A stretch of DNA of 64,000 bases from positions 416,001 to 480,000 of the forward strand of contig CBDAOY010000006.1 of NCBI GenBank assembly GCA_965198225.1, in the 5' to 3' direction. The first letter of the stretch is position 1; the number at the start of each line of letters is the position of its first letter. Shown piece by piece: positions 1-9,596 of the stretch. Source of the DNA: Terriglobia bacterium. GTDB lineage: Bacteria > Acidobacteriota > Terriglobia > 20CM-2-55-15. Made by a program: the position numbers and the translations under genes. A model generated the notes under the pieces. The model searched no databases, was not told the DNA's origin, and worked only from the letters and a program-made list of their open reading frames with translations.

Positions 1-1607
1 TTCCGCTGTTGATTGTGAAGGCGTCGATGATGTTCCAGGTGTTGTTCAGACGGTGGAATCCGCCGCCGGCTCCCAGGTTGTCGAACTGTCCGCTGAGCCG
101 GATGTCGTCGAACGAGTCGCGGTTCCGAGGAATCGCCGCCATCACCGGCGGCAACGGGATGCGCTGCTCGCCGACCAGCGACGTCAGCGAGTTGTAGACG
201 TCGGTCAATGGCTGCGCAAACCGGTTGAACCCGACCCGCACTTCATTGATCAACGTCGGCGAAATCACGCTGGTGAAGTTCATACCCGAGCTGGTCCGGA
301 ACCGCGGGTTCCACTGGCCGAAGTTCGGAAGGTTCCGTCCCGAAGACGTCTCGCTGCCGTAGGGGTTGAAGATGTCCTCGTTCGCGTAGCTGTACCGACC
401 GGAGAGACGGTGAACATCCGGGAAGGCATGATCCATTTTGATCGAGATATTGTCGAAGTTCTCGGTCTTGTTTCCGCCCGTGACCAGGTTTCGTCCGGTG
501 CCGGTCTGAGTCGGTGTCGGCCAGAAGTTCCCATCCAGCACCTCGCTAGAGAGTGCCGCCCACCGATCGCGCGGGATCACGTTGTTCGGGAACGGCTGGC
601 CGGTCAATGGATCGGTGACCGGACCGAGCTCGGAGAGGTCTCCGGCGCGCATCGCCAGGGTCGGGACCGTGCCACGACGAATGATCTGCTCGCGTTGACG
701 CTGGCCTTCGTAGGCCACGAAGAAGAACGTCTTATCGCGAACGACCGGCCCGCCGATCGTCCCACCGAACTGGTTCCTCAGAAACCCTTCTTTCTCCAGC
801 CCCGCTTCCTCGGCGAACAGCGTCGCGGTGTTGAGGGCCTTGTTGCGGTGGTAATTGAAGATCGCTCCGTGGAACTCGTTGGTTCCCGAGCGCGTCGTGA
901 CGTTGATCACCGCGCCGGCGTTGCGGCCGAACTCGGCGTTGTAGCCGGAGGACTGGACCTTGAACTCTTCGATCGCGTCGATCGACGGACGGTAGGCGAA
1001 GTTCCGGATGATCGTGTCGACGTTGTCGACGCCGTCAACGTAGAAGCTCTGGTAGTGCTCGTCCATCCCGGCCACGACGAAACCGCCGCGGGCACCGAGA
1101 TGCGATCCTTGATGCGCGGTCACGGCTTCCGGAACCAGCTGCACGAGGCTCTCGAAGTTCCTTCCGTTCAACGGGAGCTGAGTCACCTTCCGCTGGTCGA
1201 TGACAGTGCCGACCGACGAGTCCTCGGTTTGGATCAGCGGCGCTTCGGCGCTGACCTCGACGACCTCAGTCACCTGGCCAACCTGGAGCACAAGATCGAT
1301 CCGGGCGCGCTCGTCAACGTTCAGGGTGATGCCGCTGCGGACCGCGGTCTGGAAACCGGGAAGCACCGCTTCCACCCGGTAGTTACCGATCGGTAGCTGC
1401 GGAGCAGTGTAGTTTCCCGACTCGTTCGTGATTAAGTTTCGAGTCAGGTTCGTTCCTTCGTTTGTTACCGTAACCTCCGACGCCTGGCAATACCGCACCG
1501 GTGACGTCGCTTACGGTTCCGGTAATCGTACCGGTCGTGGACTGTGCGATCGCGCCACCGACCATCATCAGCGCGAGGGTCACGACCAACATCATTCGTT
1601 TAAGCAT
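1..1607 (-). CDS. TonB-dependent receptor with N-terminal carboxypeptidase-regulatory-like domain (acidobacterial Oar type); runs off window start; +1 frameshift near 1477
   Basis: Signal peptide MLKRMMLVVTLALMMVGGAIAQ, then STTGTITGTVSDVTGAVLPG. Removing one base of CC at 1477-1478 restores VEVTVTNEGTNLTR...TNESGNYTAPQLPIGNYRVEA...LPLNGRNF...DAIEEFKVQSSGYNAEFGRNAGAVINVTTRSGTNEFHG. GAGGAA RBS upstream of ATG. Confidence 0.85.
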
Positions 1608-1981
1608 TTCGCATTTCCTCATATGGCCGCCCGATCAGGATTGACGGGCCGACCAGCATTCATCCCATGACGCGGACTCGCTTCTAACTTCACGATTCCG
1701 CACTCGTCCAAACATTCAGGTGCGCAACGACGGCGGGAAACAAAGGTCTCGCTCGTCTGGACCAAAGCCTTGCGCTTCAACCTTTCTGATTACGCTACCA
1801 CCCGTAGACGTACCCCTGTTGTATACCTGAACAATGCATCTCGCATCGGTCCCACTGGCCCCCTGACACGCCACACAGGGGCGTTCGAGCCCGGTTCGGT
1901 CTAACCAGTGATTCCAGAGGACGACAGGTAGTCGTGTGCGCCGTCGGAGGGATTTTGGAGAAGTTTACTTCCTTAACGGAA

Positions 1982-2050
1982 GTGTAGGTGCGGTCTATGA
2001 CCGCACAGTCTTCAAAGCGAAACCCGTGCGCTCATAGAGCGCACCTACAC
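1982..2050. repeat. REPIN-like inverted doublet of GTAG-family REP (copy 1 of 8)
   Basis: GTGTAGGTGCGGTCTATGACCGCAC ... GTGCGCTCATAGAGCGCACCTACAC. Confidence 0.9.
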
Positions 2051-2076
2051 CCAGGCCTGAAGTTTCGCCTTGCAAC

Positions 2077-2108
2077 AAAAAAAGGGGCGGCAAACTGCCG
2101 CCCCTTTT
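2077..2108. terminator. Intrinsic terminator, potentially bidirectional
   Basis: AAAAAAAGGGGCGGCA-AAC-TGCCGCCCCTTTT hairpin with A/T tracts just downstream of the minus-strand gene ending at 2127. Confidence 0.85.
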
Positions 2109-2126
2109 GCAAGCAAGCTGGATTCT

Positions 2127-3314
2127 CTAATCTGTCCCGAGACTTACCTTGAGGGCGTTCAGGATCTCGGTCTCGACCCGACTGCTCGCCGAGGCGGTCA
2201 GACGAATAGAGGATCCGTCGGCTCCGGGCCCGATTCCAGTCAGTTCATTCAGCGTGGTCCGAACAAATTCGGAACCCAGATCCAGGACCCCCATCCGGCT
2301 CAGCGTAAAGATACCCTGGATGAAGTCTTCAGCGATCGCGCCGGAGTCGGCGCTGCTGTCGAATTTGGGTCCGATTGTCAGGACCGTCTTGCTGTTGTAC
2401 TCGAGGACCAGCAGGCGGTCCATCTGTTCCTTGACCACGTCGGGCACATAGCCGGAGGTGGCGACCTTCACCCCCGTCGATTCGGCCTCCCGGAAGAAAC
2501 CGACCGTGAATCCAGGGCGCAGTCCGCTTTCGAGCTCAAACCCTGTCGCGACATCGCCCGGGCTGATGACGTTCTCGGGATTCTGGTACGACCAAATCGC
2601 CCCTGCACCGTTCGGTATCCATTCGGGGTTTTTAAGTTTGTAGGTTCTCTCCGGCTGGACGATTCCGAACCATCCCTCCGGATGTTCGATCGCGTCGCCG
2701 GCCGCCGCAAGAGGCATGGCCATCGCCCATTGATCGATCGACTGCATGGCACCGGGGCCATTGGCGAGTGTGTAGGTATACCGGTACCGGTCGGAGCCTA
2801 TCTCAGAGACGGCCAGCGTCACCGCCGGCTCGACGGCTCGCAGCAAGTCATAGTGAGTGATCTTCAGCGGAACCGGCCCGGTGTCTTCCGGCTCTTCCTC
2901 GGGCTCTTCCGGTTCTGCCGGTTGCTGCTGCCCTCCACCGCGGCCTCCTCGTCCGCGACCCCGTGCCTGCTGTTGTTGCTGCCCTCCGCGACCGCGCCCA
3001 CGGCCGCGTGCCTGCTGTCCCTGCTGCTGTTGTTGTTGTTGCTGCGCCTGTTGCTGCTCTTCTTCCTCTTCCTCCTCCTCTTCGAGGGCCACCGGGTAGG
3101 CCACAATGTATTCGTTGTTCTCCAGATCGAGGAAGACGTAGGTCTCGCTGAATTCCGGCGGCATGACACCGGGCTCCGGGTCGATTCCGCCCGCCGGCCA
3201 GGCAGGCACCGGAAAGTCGGTCAGGCCGACTGGGTCGGCTTGCTGCCCGGTGGCAAAACCTGCGAACACGAGCAGCGCAATCAGGGTAAGTAGTTGCTTC
3301 GTTCCGATTCTCAT
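2127..3314 (-). CDS. Secreted hypothetical protein with poly-E/poly-Q/GRGRGG low-complexity insert
   Basis: Signal-like N-terminus MRIGTKQLLTLIALLVFAGFATGQQ; internal EEEEEEEEEEQQQAQQQQ...ARGRGRGRGG; last gene of co-oriented cluster before terminator. Confidence 0.75.
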   Translation of the reverse strand: MRIGTKQLLTLIALLVFAGFATGQQADPVGLTDFPVPAWPAGGIDPEPGVMPPEFSETYVFLDLENNEYIVAYPVALEEEEEEEEEQQQAQQQQQQQQGQQARGRGRGRGGQQQQQARGRGRGGRGGGQQQPAEPEEPEEEPEDTGPVPLKITHYDLLRAVEPAVTLAVSEIGSDRYRYTYTLANGPGAMQSIDQWAMAMPLAAAGDAIEHPEGWFGIVQPERTYKLKNPEWIPNGAGAIWSYQNPENVISPGDVATGFELESGLRPGFTVGFFREAESTGVKVATSGYVPDVVKEQMDRLLVLEYNSKTVLTIGPKFDSSADSGAIAEDFIQGIFTLSRMGVLDLGSEFVRTTLNELTGIGPGADGSSIRLTASASSRVETEILNALKVSLGTD

Positions 3315-3418
3315 GAGAATTCTACCGAGCAAAAATGAAAAGGCGGCTGAATCTGGCCGGAGATCCTGTCCCGCGAAACTCAGCCAACTTTATAGTCTGG
3401 TTCGAGTTCATAGATTCC

Positions 3419-5149
3419 TTAGCAGGAAATGCACTTGTGGTTGTTCCTGGCGCCCAGCATATCCAGCAGAGCCAGGGTCTCCTGATACGGCTGAACCCGC
3501 TGCCGGCTGCCGTTCGCCATGTCGGCGATCGTCTGGCCGTTCTTGGCGACCGCGTCCAATCGGGCACCTTGGGACACCAGGTATAGGATCATTTCGTTGT
3601 CACCCCGCCCCGCGGCATTGTGGAGCGCGGTGCGTCCGCCGCGAGGGCCTCTTCGGCGGAACTGGTTGCCTGCCGCATTCGGATCTTCAGGCGCACCGGT
3701 ATCCGCCGCGTTGACATCCGCGCCGAGCTCCGCGACAAGGTATCTCACGGCCGGCATCCGACCCAGCGGTGTCGTGACAGAGTCGTTGCCGTGGAAGCCG
3801 GCCCCCGATGCGATCAACAGAGGCGTAATGCCCTCGATGCTGGGAATCGTCGGATCGGCACCGTGTTCGACCAACAGGCGCATCCCGTCCACATCGCCGA
3901 CGGCGGCAGCCTTCCAGAACGGCGTCGTCCCCGAGGAGTTGTTTCTCTCCAGAGCAAAGTTGTAGCCGATATACCACAGGTTCTTCCGCAGCCGGGCGTT
4001 CGGGTCGGCCCCTTTCTCCAGCATCAGCTTCATCAAGTCGAGATACTGTGTCTTCTCGTAGAAGGTGGTCGGCTGAGGACGGTTTGTTCTCAGAGTCCAC
4101 TGGATTCTCAAGGCGCCGTACAGGGGCGTCGCCCCGTCGTCGCTCGCGATCGTCACGTCTGCACCGCTCTCGACCAGATACTCAGCGATATCCAGGTTCC
4201 CGTTGATCGTCGACAATAACAGCGCGGTACTGTTGTCACCGTTAACCGAATCCAAATCCGCTCCGAGGTCGACCAAGGCGCGCACCGCCTCGTAGGCGCC
4301 ATCACGGGAGGCGTACATCAAAGGGGTCAGTTTTCCCTTGGGGTTGCGCCCCTTCTCGGTGCTCAACTCGGGCTTCTCGTCCTTCTTGGCTTCGTCTGAC
4401 TTCTCTTCCTCGTCGGGCTTCTTGGCGGCCTCCTCCTGAGCCTGCGCGGCCTGGCCGCGGCCCCGTCCACCCCGGCCGGCCTGACCCGCTTGACCGCCCC
4501 GGCCTCGGCCCTGCCCGAACGTAAAATTCTGGCCCGGTCGATTCCGCGGTGGCGGTGGTTCGATCTGCTTGCTCGCCTTGTTGATGTCCGCACCGGCGTC
4601 CGCCAGCGCTCTTATCGCCTCGGGACGATCGAACGCCGCCGCAAAAGCCAGTGCGGTCTGTCCGCGTTCGGTCTCGGTCGCATTCACATCAGCGCCCGCT
4701 TCAGTCAGCAATCGTACCGACGTGGCGTCTCCCGCGCTGGCCGCCATCATCAACGGAGTAATACCCCCCGTCGCCTCGGTATCGGGATCTGCACCTGCCT
4801 TCAGCAGCACGTCCACGATGTCGGCATGGCCGCTCTTGCTCGCCATGTACAGCGGCGTGTACCCACCGAGCCGGGTCGTGGCCCTTGTGTTCGCTCCCGC
4901 ATACAGAAGGGTCTGAGCCAGCTCCGAGTCCCCGTTGTACGCAGCCCAGTGCAGCGCCGTCATACCGTCACCCTGGGCCGAATTCACGTCGACAGCCTGC
5001 CGTATCAGAGCGTGCACAGCATCGACGTCGCGCATCATCGCAGCATCTGCGACCCGTGTGTCGGCGGGGGCGCCGAGGAGGACAAGGGTCAGGGTAAGGG
5101 CGCCAACCAGGCTGAGCGAGACCGCCCACGTGATGTTCTTGCGCAACAT
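3419..5149 (-). CDS. Secreted ankyrin-repeat protein of DUF1592/DUF1552 clusters
   Basis: Multiple ankyrin repeats (GMTALHWAA, GYTPLYMAS, GITPLMMAA, GQTALAFAA, GRTALHNAA); signal peptide from MLRKNIT; C-terminal NNHKCISC. Confidence 0.9.
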   Translation of the reverse strand: MLRKNITWAVSLSLVGALTLTLVLLGAPADTRVADAAMMRDVDAVHALIRQAVDVNSAQGDGMTALHWAAYNGDSELAQTLLYAGANTRATTRLGGYTPLYMASKSGHADIVDVLLKAGADPDTEATGGITPLMMAASAGDATSVRLLTEAGADVNATETERGQTALAFAAAFDRPEAIRALADAGADINKASKQIEPPPPRNRPGQNFTFGQGRGRGGQAGQAGRGGRGRGQAAQAQEEAAKKPDEEEKSDEAKKDEKPELSTEKGRNPKGKLTPLMYASRDGAYEAVRALVDLGADLDSVNGDNSTALLLSTINGNLDIAEYLVESGADVTIASDDGATPLYGALRIQWTLRTNRPQPTTFYEKTQYLDLMKLMLEKGADPNARLRKNLWYIGYNFALERNNSSGTTPFWKAAAVGDVDGMRLLVEHGADPTIPSIEGITPLLIASGAGFHGNDSVTTPLGRMPAVRYLVAELGADVNAADTGAPEDPNAAGNQFRRRGPRGGRTALHNAAGRGDNEMILYLVSQGARLDAVAKNGQTIADMANGSRQRVQPYQETLALLDMLGARNNHKCISC

Positions 5150-5162
5150 AAAGGTTTCCTCC

Positions 5163-6548
5163 CTAGATATCGATCTCGCCCGTGCTGTCGCCGAATTGTT
5201 CGAGTTCGTCGAAGCCAAGCCGGTGCAGCACGCTCAGGTGCAGGTTCGCAGACGGCGTCGCGTCCGGCATGATGAAGTGCTGACCACCCTTCACCCGGCC
5301 TCCGGCGTGCCCCAGGAGGAATAGCGGCACCCGCTTGTGATTGTGCAGATTCGAATCTCCCATCGGGGACCCGTAAAGGATCACGGTGTTATCCAGCAGC
5401 GAGGCGTCCCCGTCCGGCGTGTCCTTCAGCTTGTCGGCAAAGTACGCCATTGTACTGACGTGGTACTTGTTGATCTCGGAGAACTGCGTGATGCGCTGCT
5501 CGTTCTCCCCGTGGTGAGAAGCCCGGTGGAACCCGGTTTCCACACCGCTCTCCGGAAACGTCCGTCCGGATACGTCCCGGCTCAGCTTGAAGGCCGAAAC
5601 CCGCGACGTGTCGCTGGCGAAGGCGAGAACCTGCAGGTCTATCATCAGCTTGACATGTTCGTCCCAGGAATCGGGCACGCCGATCGGGGCCGAATCCAAC
5701 TCCCGGAGCTCACCGCTCGCGTTTTTCTCCTCGATGCGCGCAATCCGCCGCTCGATCTCGCGGACGTTCTCGAGATGCTGATCCAGGCGGTGGCGGTCCG
5801 CCGGGCCGAGCTTCGTCTTCAGGTCTGCGACCGTGTGCGATACCCAGTCCAGGATGCTTCGGTCCATCACCCGGCGCTCGGCCCGATCTTCGGACGTCCC
5901 GCCGACCCCGAACAGCTGGTCGAAGACCATACGGGGATCGCGCACCATGGGCAGCGGCGTGGTGGGCGATGCCCAACTGATCGAGTTCGTGTACGCACAG
6001 GAGTAGCCGTAGTCGCACCCTCCCGCATTGTCGATGTTCTCGATGTTGAGCTGGATCGACGGAAGCGGTGTGTCCAGACCGAACCGCTGCGCGTAGAGCT
6101 GGTCGAGGGAGGTGCCGGCATGGATGTCGGAACTCTGAGTCTGCTTCGGATGCGACTGTGTCAGGAACACCGCGGCCGAACGGAAATGATCGCCGCCGAT
6201 TTCTTTGACGATCCACGCCTCCGCACCCTTCATGTCGGTGTTGCTGACGATCGTAAGGTAGTCTTTCCACGGCTCGAGCGGCTGCAGGCTGCTCGGCGCG
6301 AGGTCGAACTCGCGGCCAGCCTCGGCCGGAGACCACAGGTTCTGGGTGGCGCCCCATCGGGTAGACCCCGCAGAACCGTGGACCATCTCCACACACGCCA
6401 GCCGAATGGGCCTCCCGGTCGGCGCGGCGGCTTCCTGCCTCGACGAGGGCATCGCCGGCGCCATGGCCTCCAGGAACGGTAGAGCCACCGTAGCACTCAT
6501 GCCGCGGAGCACTGCGCGCCGGGAAATGCGCTTCTTCGTGATGAACAT
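5163..6548 (-). CDS. DUF1552 domain protein (TAT-exported)
   Basis: MFITKKRISRRAVLRGMSATVALPFLEAM TAT-type start; GCDYGYSCAYTNSISW, HRASHH and GSPMGDSNLHNH motifs typical of the family. Confidence 0.9.
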   Translation of the reverse strand: MFITKKRISRRAVLRGMSATVALPFLEAMAPAMPSSRQEAAAPTGRPIRLACVEMVHGSAGSTRWGATQNLWSPAEAGREFDLAPSSLQPLEPWKDYLTIVSNTDMKGAEAWIVKEIGGDHFRSAAVFLTQSHPKQTQSSDIHAGTSLDQLYAQRFGLDTPLPSIQLNIENIDNAGGCDYGYSCAYTNSISWASPTTPLPMVRDPRMVFDQLFGVGGTSEDRAERRVMDRSILDWVSHTVADLKTKLGPADRHRLDQHLENVREIERRIARIEEKNASGELRELDSAPIGVPDSWDEHVKLMIDLQVLAFASDTSRVSAFKLSRDVSGRTFPESGVETGFHRASHHGENEQRITQFSEINKYHVSTMAYFADKLKDTPDGDASLLDNTVILYGSPMGDSNLHNHKRVPLFLLGHAGGRVKGGQHFIMPDATPSANLHLSVLHRLGFDELEQFGDSTGEIDI

Positions 6549-6626
6549 CCTTCCTCCCTACTGAAACCGAGCGTAGCTAAGTACTTCGATTCTTATTAAT
6601 AATTACGATTGTGTATTCGTCCAGCT

Positions 6627-6669
6627 GCGATTTCGAATCTTGGAATTTCAAATTTGCGATTTCGCAATC
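6627..6669. repeat. Degenerate heptamer tandem array
   Basis: GCGATTT CGAATCT t GGAATTT CAAATTT GCGATTT CGCAATC between the DUF1592 and DUF1552 genes. Confidence 0.45.
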
Positions 6670-6671
6670 GA

Positions 6672-9140
6672 TTACCTCTCCCTTGCTTCGGTGACAGGCT
6701 CCGCCTCCGTGTTCATCTGAAAAGGCGGGCTGTCCACGATGCCCAGAATCAGGGAAGAAAAGCGATTGTCGTTCAGGGCTGCTTCCCTCGTGATCGTCCG
6801 AATCGCCGGCATATCGAAATATTCGATCCTCCGGCCGATCGCAAACGACATCAGTTTTTGCGTCAGCCCCTGGATGAACGTGTCGGAATATTTGAGTATT
6901 CCCTGTCGCAGCGTGGCCGGACCGTCCAGCGGCGTTCCGTCGTACAACTCAGTGGTCGAGTCGATCGGAATGCCTGCCGAGTGAATCCGGAGCCCCTCGG
7001 CGTCGAGCGCGAAAGTCTTGTCCCAGGTCCGCCACCTGCCGGTCACATCGAAGTTTTCCAGGGCCAGACCCAACGGGTCGATCATCCGGTGACATGAGCT
7101 GCACGCGGGGTTCGCCCGGTGCGACTGCATCCGCTCACGCACGGTCAGAACTTTGCCCGAATCGACCGCCTCGGTCTCTTCCAGCGAAGGCACCACGGGC
7201 GGCGGTGGCGGTGGATCCGTGCCGAGCAGCACCTGCAGTACCCACTTGCCCCGGAGCACCGGAGACGTCCGATCGGCGTTGGACGTCATCGTCAGGATGG
7301 CGCCTTTGCCGAGCAGCCCGCGGCGGTAATCGTCGGCGACCGTAACGCGGCGGAACTGCCCCCCACGAACGTTCGGGATGCCGTAGTGGTCGGCGAGGCG
7401 CTCGTTGACGAACGTGTCGTCCGCGGTAATCAGGTCGAGCACGTTTCGATCCTCACGCACGACGCTGTCGAAAAACAGCTCCGCTTCCCTCTCCAGCGCC
7501 AGCGCGAGCGTGTGGTCGTAAAAGGGGAAGTAGAAAGGATCCGGCTCGATATTCATAAGGTCCGGCAGATGAAGCCACAGGTTCGCAAACTTCTCGGACA
7601 GCCAGATCGATCGCGGATCGGCCAGCATGCTTCGGACCTGAGCCTCGAGCACTACCGGATCCTGGAGCCTACCCTGGTCGGCCAGGTCTACCAGCTCGTC
7701 GTCAGGAGGTGTACCCCAGACGAAGTAGGAAAGGCGAGAAGCCAGGGCCAGATCCCCAACGTAGTAGCTCTGGCCAGCCGCAACATCGGTCGGGGGAACC
7801 TCGAACTTGAAGACGAAGTAGGGGCTGGTCAGCATGGCGTGAAGAGCCGACCGGATGCCCGATTCGAAGTCTCCGCCCTTTTCACGGCCCTGGCCGTAGA
7901 AGAGCATGAGGCCTTCCATGTCCTCGTCCGTCACCGGTCTCCGGTACGCCTTCCGGGCGAGCGCTCGGATGATCTCCCTCGCGCAGGGGGTTTCCTCGGC
8001 CGGACTCAGCGGACGGCAGTTGAAAACCGCGCGCCGCGGTGCCGAGTCGGAAACACCCGAAACGTTGAACGGGCCGCTGATCTCGAACTCGCGAAGGTGC
8101 GCGTAGATGGTGAGATCGTTCGTGTTCGGGGCGTCGCTGTCGACCATCGTCTGAGCGATTTCCCGGATGTCGTCTTCGACGATGGGTGAGTGCTTGTTCA
8201 CGAATGCGACCGCGACCCGGTGGGGGCCTGCCTTCACGAAAAGCCGTCCTGTCGTGAGGTTCAGGCCGGTTTCATCCGCTTCCGTCATTTCGGGGTCGAC
8301 TTCGAGCAACGCGATGCGTTCTCCGTCGAGCGAAACCTCGACCTCCTCGTCTTCGACGTTGGCAAAGAATCGGCCCGTCGCGGTGGCAAACAGCAAGACC
8401 CGGATGTCGTACTCACCGTCGGCAGGAAAGTTGTGCATGACCGACATGCCGCCACGAGTACCGAACGGTGTGCCGGGCACATGTTCCAGCTGCGACGCCA
8501 ATCGCGTGGCCTTGAACATCACCGACGTTGGAGTTGCGTTGGGATCGCCCAACGCCTGGTTGGTGATCTCGCCGGCAGCCCTCATGTAGCCTTCCATCAG
8601 GGACGCCGACAGCGGTTGCGAGTCCGCGATGTTGTCCATACCTTCGCTGAGCATGTCGGCGGGCAGGTACTTGGCAACGTCCACCTCGACGCCGAGAAGG
8701 TGTTTGATCGAGTTCGCATATTCGTCCCGGGTGAGTCGCTGGAACCCTCGGGTGCCGGGATTTGGTCCCTCAGCCGCCGCCTCGTCGAGCCGTATCTCGA
8801 TCGCGCTGGCGAAAGCATCCAGGGGCCCTTTCTCCGGGCGGTATTCGCCGGCCGGGGGCATCAAACCTGCCTTCACCTTCCCGACGACTTTCTCGGCAAG
8901 CTCGGCGTTCTGCTCCGGATGGGCAAAGTCCAAGTTTGTCAGCGTCATTCCACCGAACAGGTCGACCGGGTTATGGCAGTGTGAGCAGTACTCGGCGATG
9001 AACTCACCCTGCGCTTCGAGCGACATCGGCGCAGTCTGCTCCCCCGCCCCCGGCGCCTGCTCCACAGCCAGATTCATACCACCGAGTGCGAGCATGCAAA
9101 CCAGCGCGCCGCCCACAACTCCAAGAATGTATCGCGTCAT
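6672..9140 (-). CDS. DUF1592/DUF1588/DUF1587/DUF1595/DUF1585 protein with c-type haem motifs (planctomycete-type cytochrome)
   Basis: CSHCH and CSSCH motifs; RLTRDEYANSIKHLLG, LASRLSYFVW, RTSPVLRGKWVL, IDPLGLALENFD. Confidence 0.92.
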   Translation of the reverse strand: MTRYILGVVGGALVCMLALGGMNLAVEQAPGAGEQTAPMSLEAQGEFIAEYCSHCHNPVDLFGGMTLTNLDFAHPEQNAELAEKVVGKVKAGLMPPAGEYRPEKGPLDAFASAIEIRLDEAAAEGPNPGTRGFQRLTRDEYANSIKHLLGVEVDVAKYLPADMLSEGMDNIADSQPLSASLMEGYMRAAGEITNQALGDPNATPTSVMFKATRLASQLEHVPGTPFGTRGGMSVMHNFPADGEYDIRVLLFATATGRFFANVEDEEVEVSLDGERIALLEVDPEMTEADETGLNLTTGRLFVKAGPHRVAVAFVNKHSPIVEDDIREIAQTMVDSDAPNTNDLTIYAHLREFEISGPFNVSGVSDSAPRRAVFNCRPLSPAEETPCAREIIRALARKAYRRPVTDEDMEGLMLFYGQGREKGGDFESGIRSALHAMLTSPYFVFKFEVPPTDVAAGQSYYVGDLALASRLSYFVWGTPPDDELVDLADQGRLQDPVVLEAQVRSMLADPRSIWLSEKFANLWLHLPDLMNIEPDPFYFPFYDHTLALALEREAELFFDSVVREDRNVLDLITADDTFVNERLADHYGIPNVRGGQFRRVTVADDYRRGLLGKGAILTMTSNADRTSPVLRGKWVLQVLLGTDPPPPPPVVPSLEETEAVDSGKVLTVRERMQSHRANPACSSCHRMIDPLGLALENFDVTGRWRTWDKTFALDAEGLRIHSAGIPIDSTTELYDGTPLDGPATLRQGILKYSDTFIQGLTQKLMSFAIGRRIEYFDMPAIRTITREAALNDNRFSSLILGIVDSPPFQMNTEAEPVTEARER

Positions 9141-9141
9141 T

Positions 9142-9169
9142 TATCTAGTATCCCGTATCTAGTATCCCG
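9142..9169. repeat. Alternating heptamer tandem repeat in the translation-initiation region of the DUF1592 gene
   Basis: TATCTAG TATCCCG TATCTAG TATCCCG. Confidence 0.7.
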
Positions 9170-9362
9170 CCTTTAGTCCACTCCGGCCCCTTCCAGAGCC
9201 TATTATGAATCCAAATGTTTTATCATTTTCCGTTAAGGAAGTTCAACAAAAACAAGGGGTTTGAGCGCGGATCCGAGCATCCTGAACGGTGGGGCGCACC
9301 CCTACCTGGGACTCATCAATAGTATACGGTCTGGCGGGGGGTCGGGATACACGGAAATCCCG

Positions 9363-9397
9363 AGTTGTCAGTAGTCAGTTGTCAGTAGTCAGTTGTT
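9363..9397. repeat. Alternating heptamer tandem repeat
   Basis: AGTTGTC AGTAGTC AGTTGTC AGTAGTC AGTTGTT. Confidence 0.75.
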
Positions 9398-9459
9398 TTT
9401 GGTGCGGCGGTCGCTGACCGCCGGATCTTCGGGTTTTAGGACGGCGAAGACCTGCGGAA

Positions 9460-9532
9460 GTGTAGGTGCGGTCTATGACCGCACAAATGCCCGCGGAACC
9501 ACCAGTCGTGCGGTCATAGACCGCACCTACAC
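9460..9532. repeat. REPIN-like doublet (copy 2)
   Basis: GTGTAGGTGCGGTCTATGACCGCAC ... GTGCGGTCATAGACCGCACCTACAC. Confidence 0.9.
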
Positions 9533-9546
9533 CTGGAGTTACACAT

Positions 9547-9576
9547 AAAAAGGGGCGGCCAGTGGCCGCCCCTTTT
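9547..9576. terminator. Intrinsic terminator
   Basis: AAAAAGGGGCGGCC-AGT-GGCCGCCCCTTTT downstream of the minus-strand gene ending at 9597. Confidence 0.85.
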
Positions 9577-9596
9577 GAGTGTCTTAGCCTCGGATC

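Noticed and set aside
53-1396. Long antisense ORFs (e.g. 53-1396 +, 10509-12467 +, 39134-40966 -, 54008-55621 -)
   Set aside because: They are shadow frames opposite well-supported genes, expected in high-GC DNA, and show no family motifs.
1470-1485. Programmed frameshift or phase variation in the TonB-dependent receptor (also the A-run at 35034-35037)
   Set aside because: These are single extra bases in very short homopolymers with no slippery heptamer or long tract. Sequencing or assembly error, or simple mutation, is more likely; reads are needed to decide.
1620-1980. Cobalamin or TPP riboswitch upstream of the TonB-dependent receptor
   Set aside because: I could not find the B12-box or TPP consensus on the minus strand; only a possible TTGTATAC operator-like word, too weak to call.
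2857-3099. Cys-rich ORF (poly-C/poly-S) as a metallothionein or RiPP precursor
   Set aside because: It is the antisense reading of the poly-Q/poly-E tract of the 2127-3314 gene.
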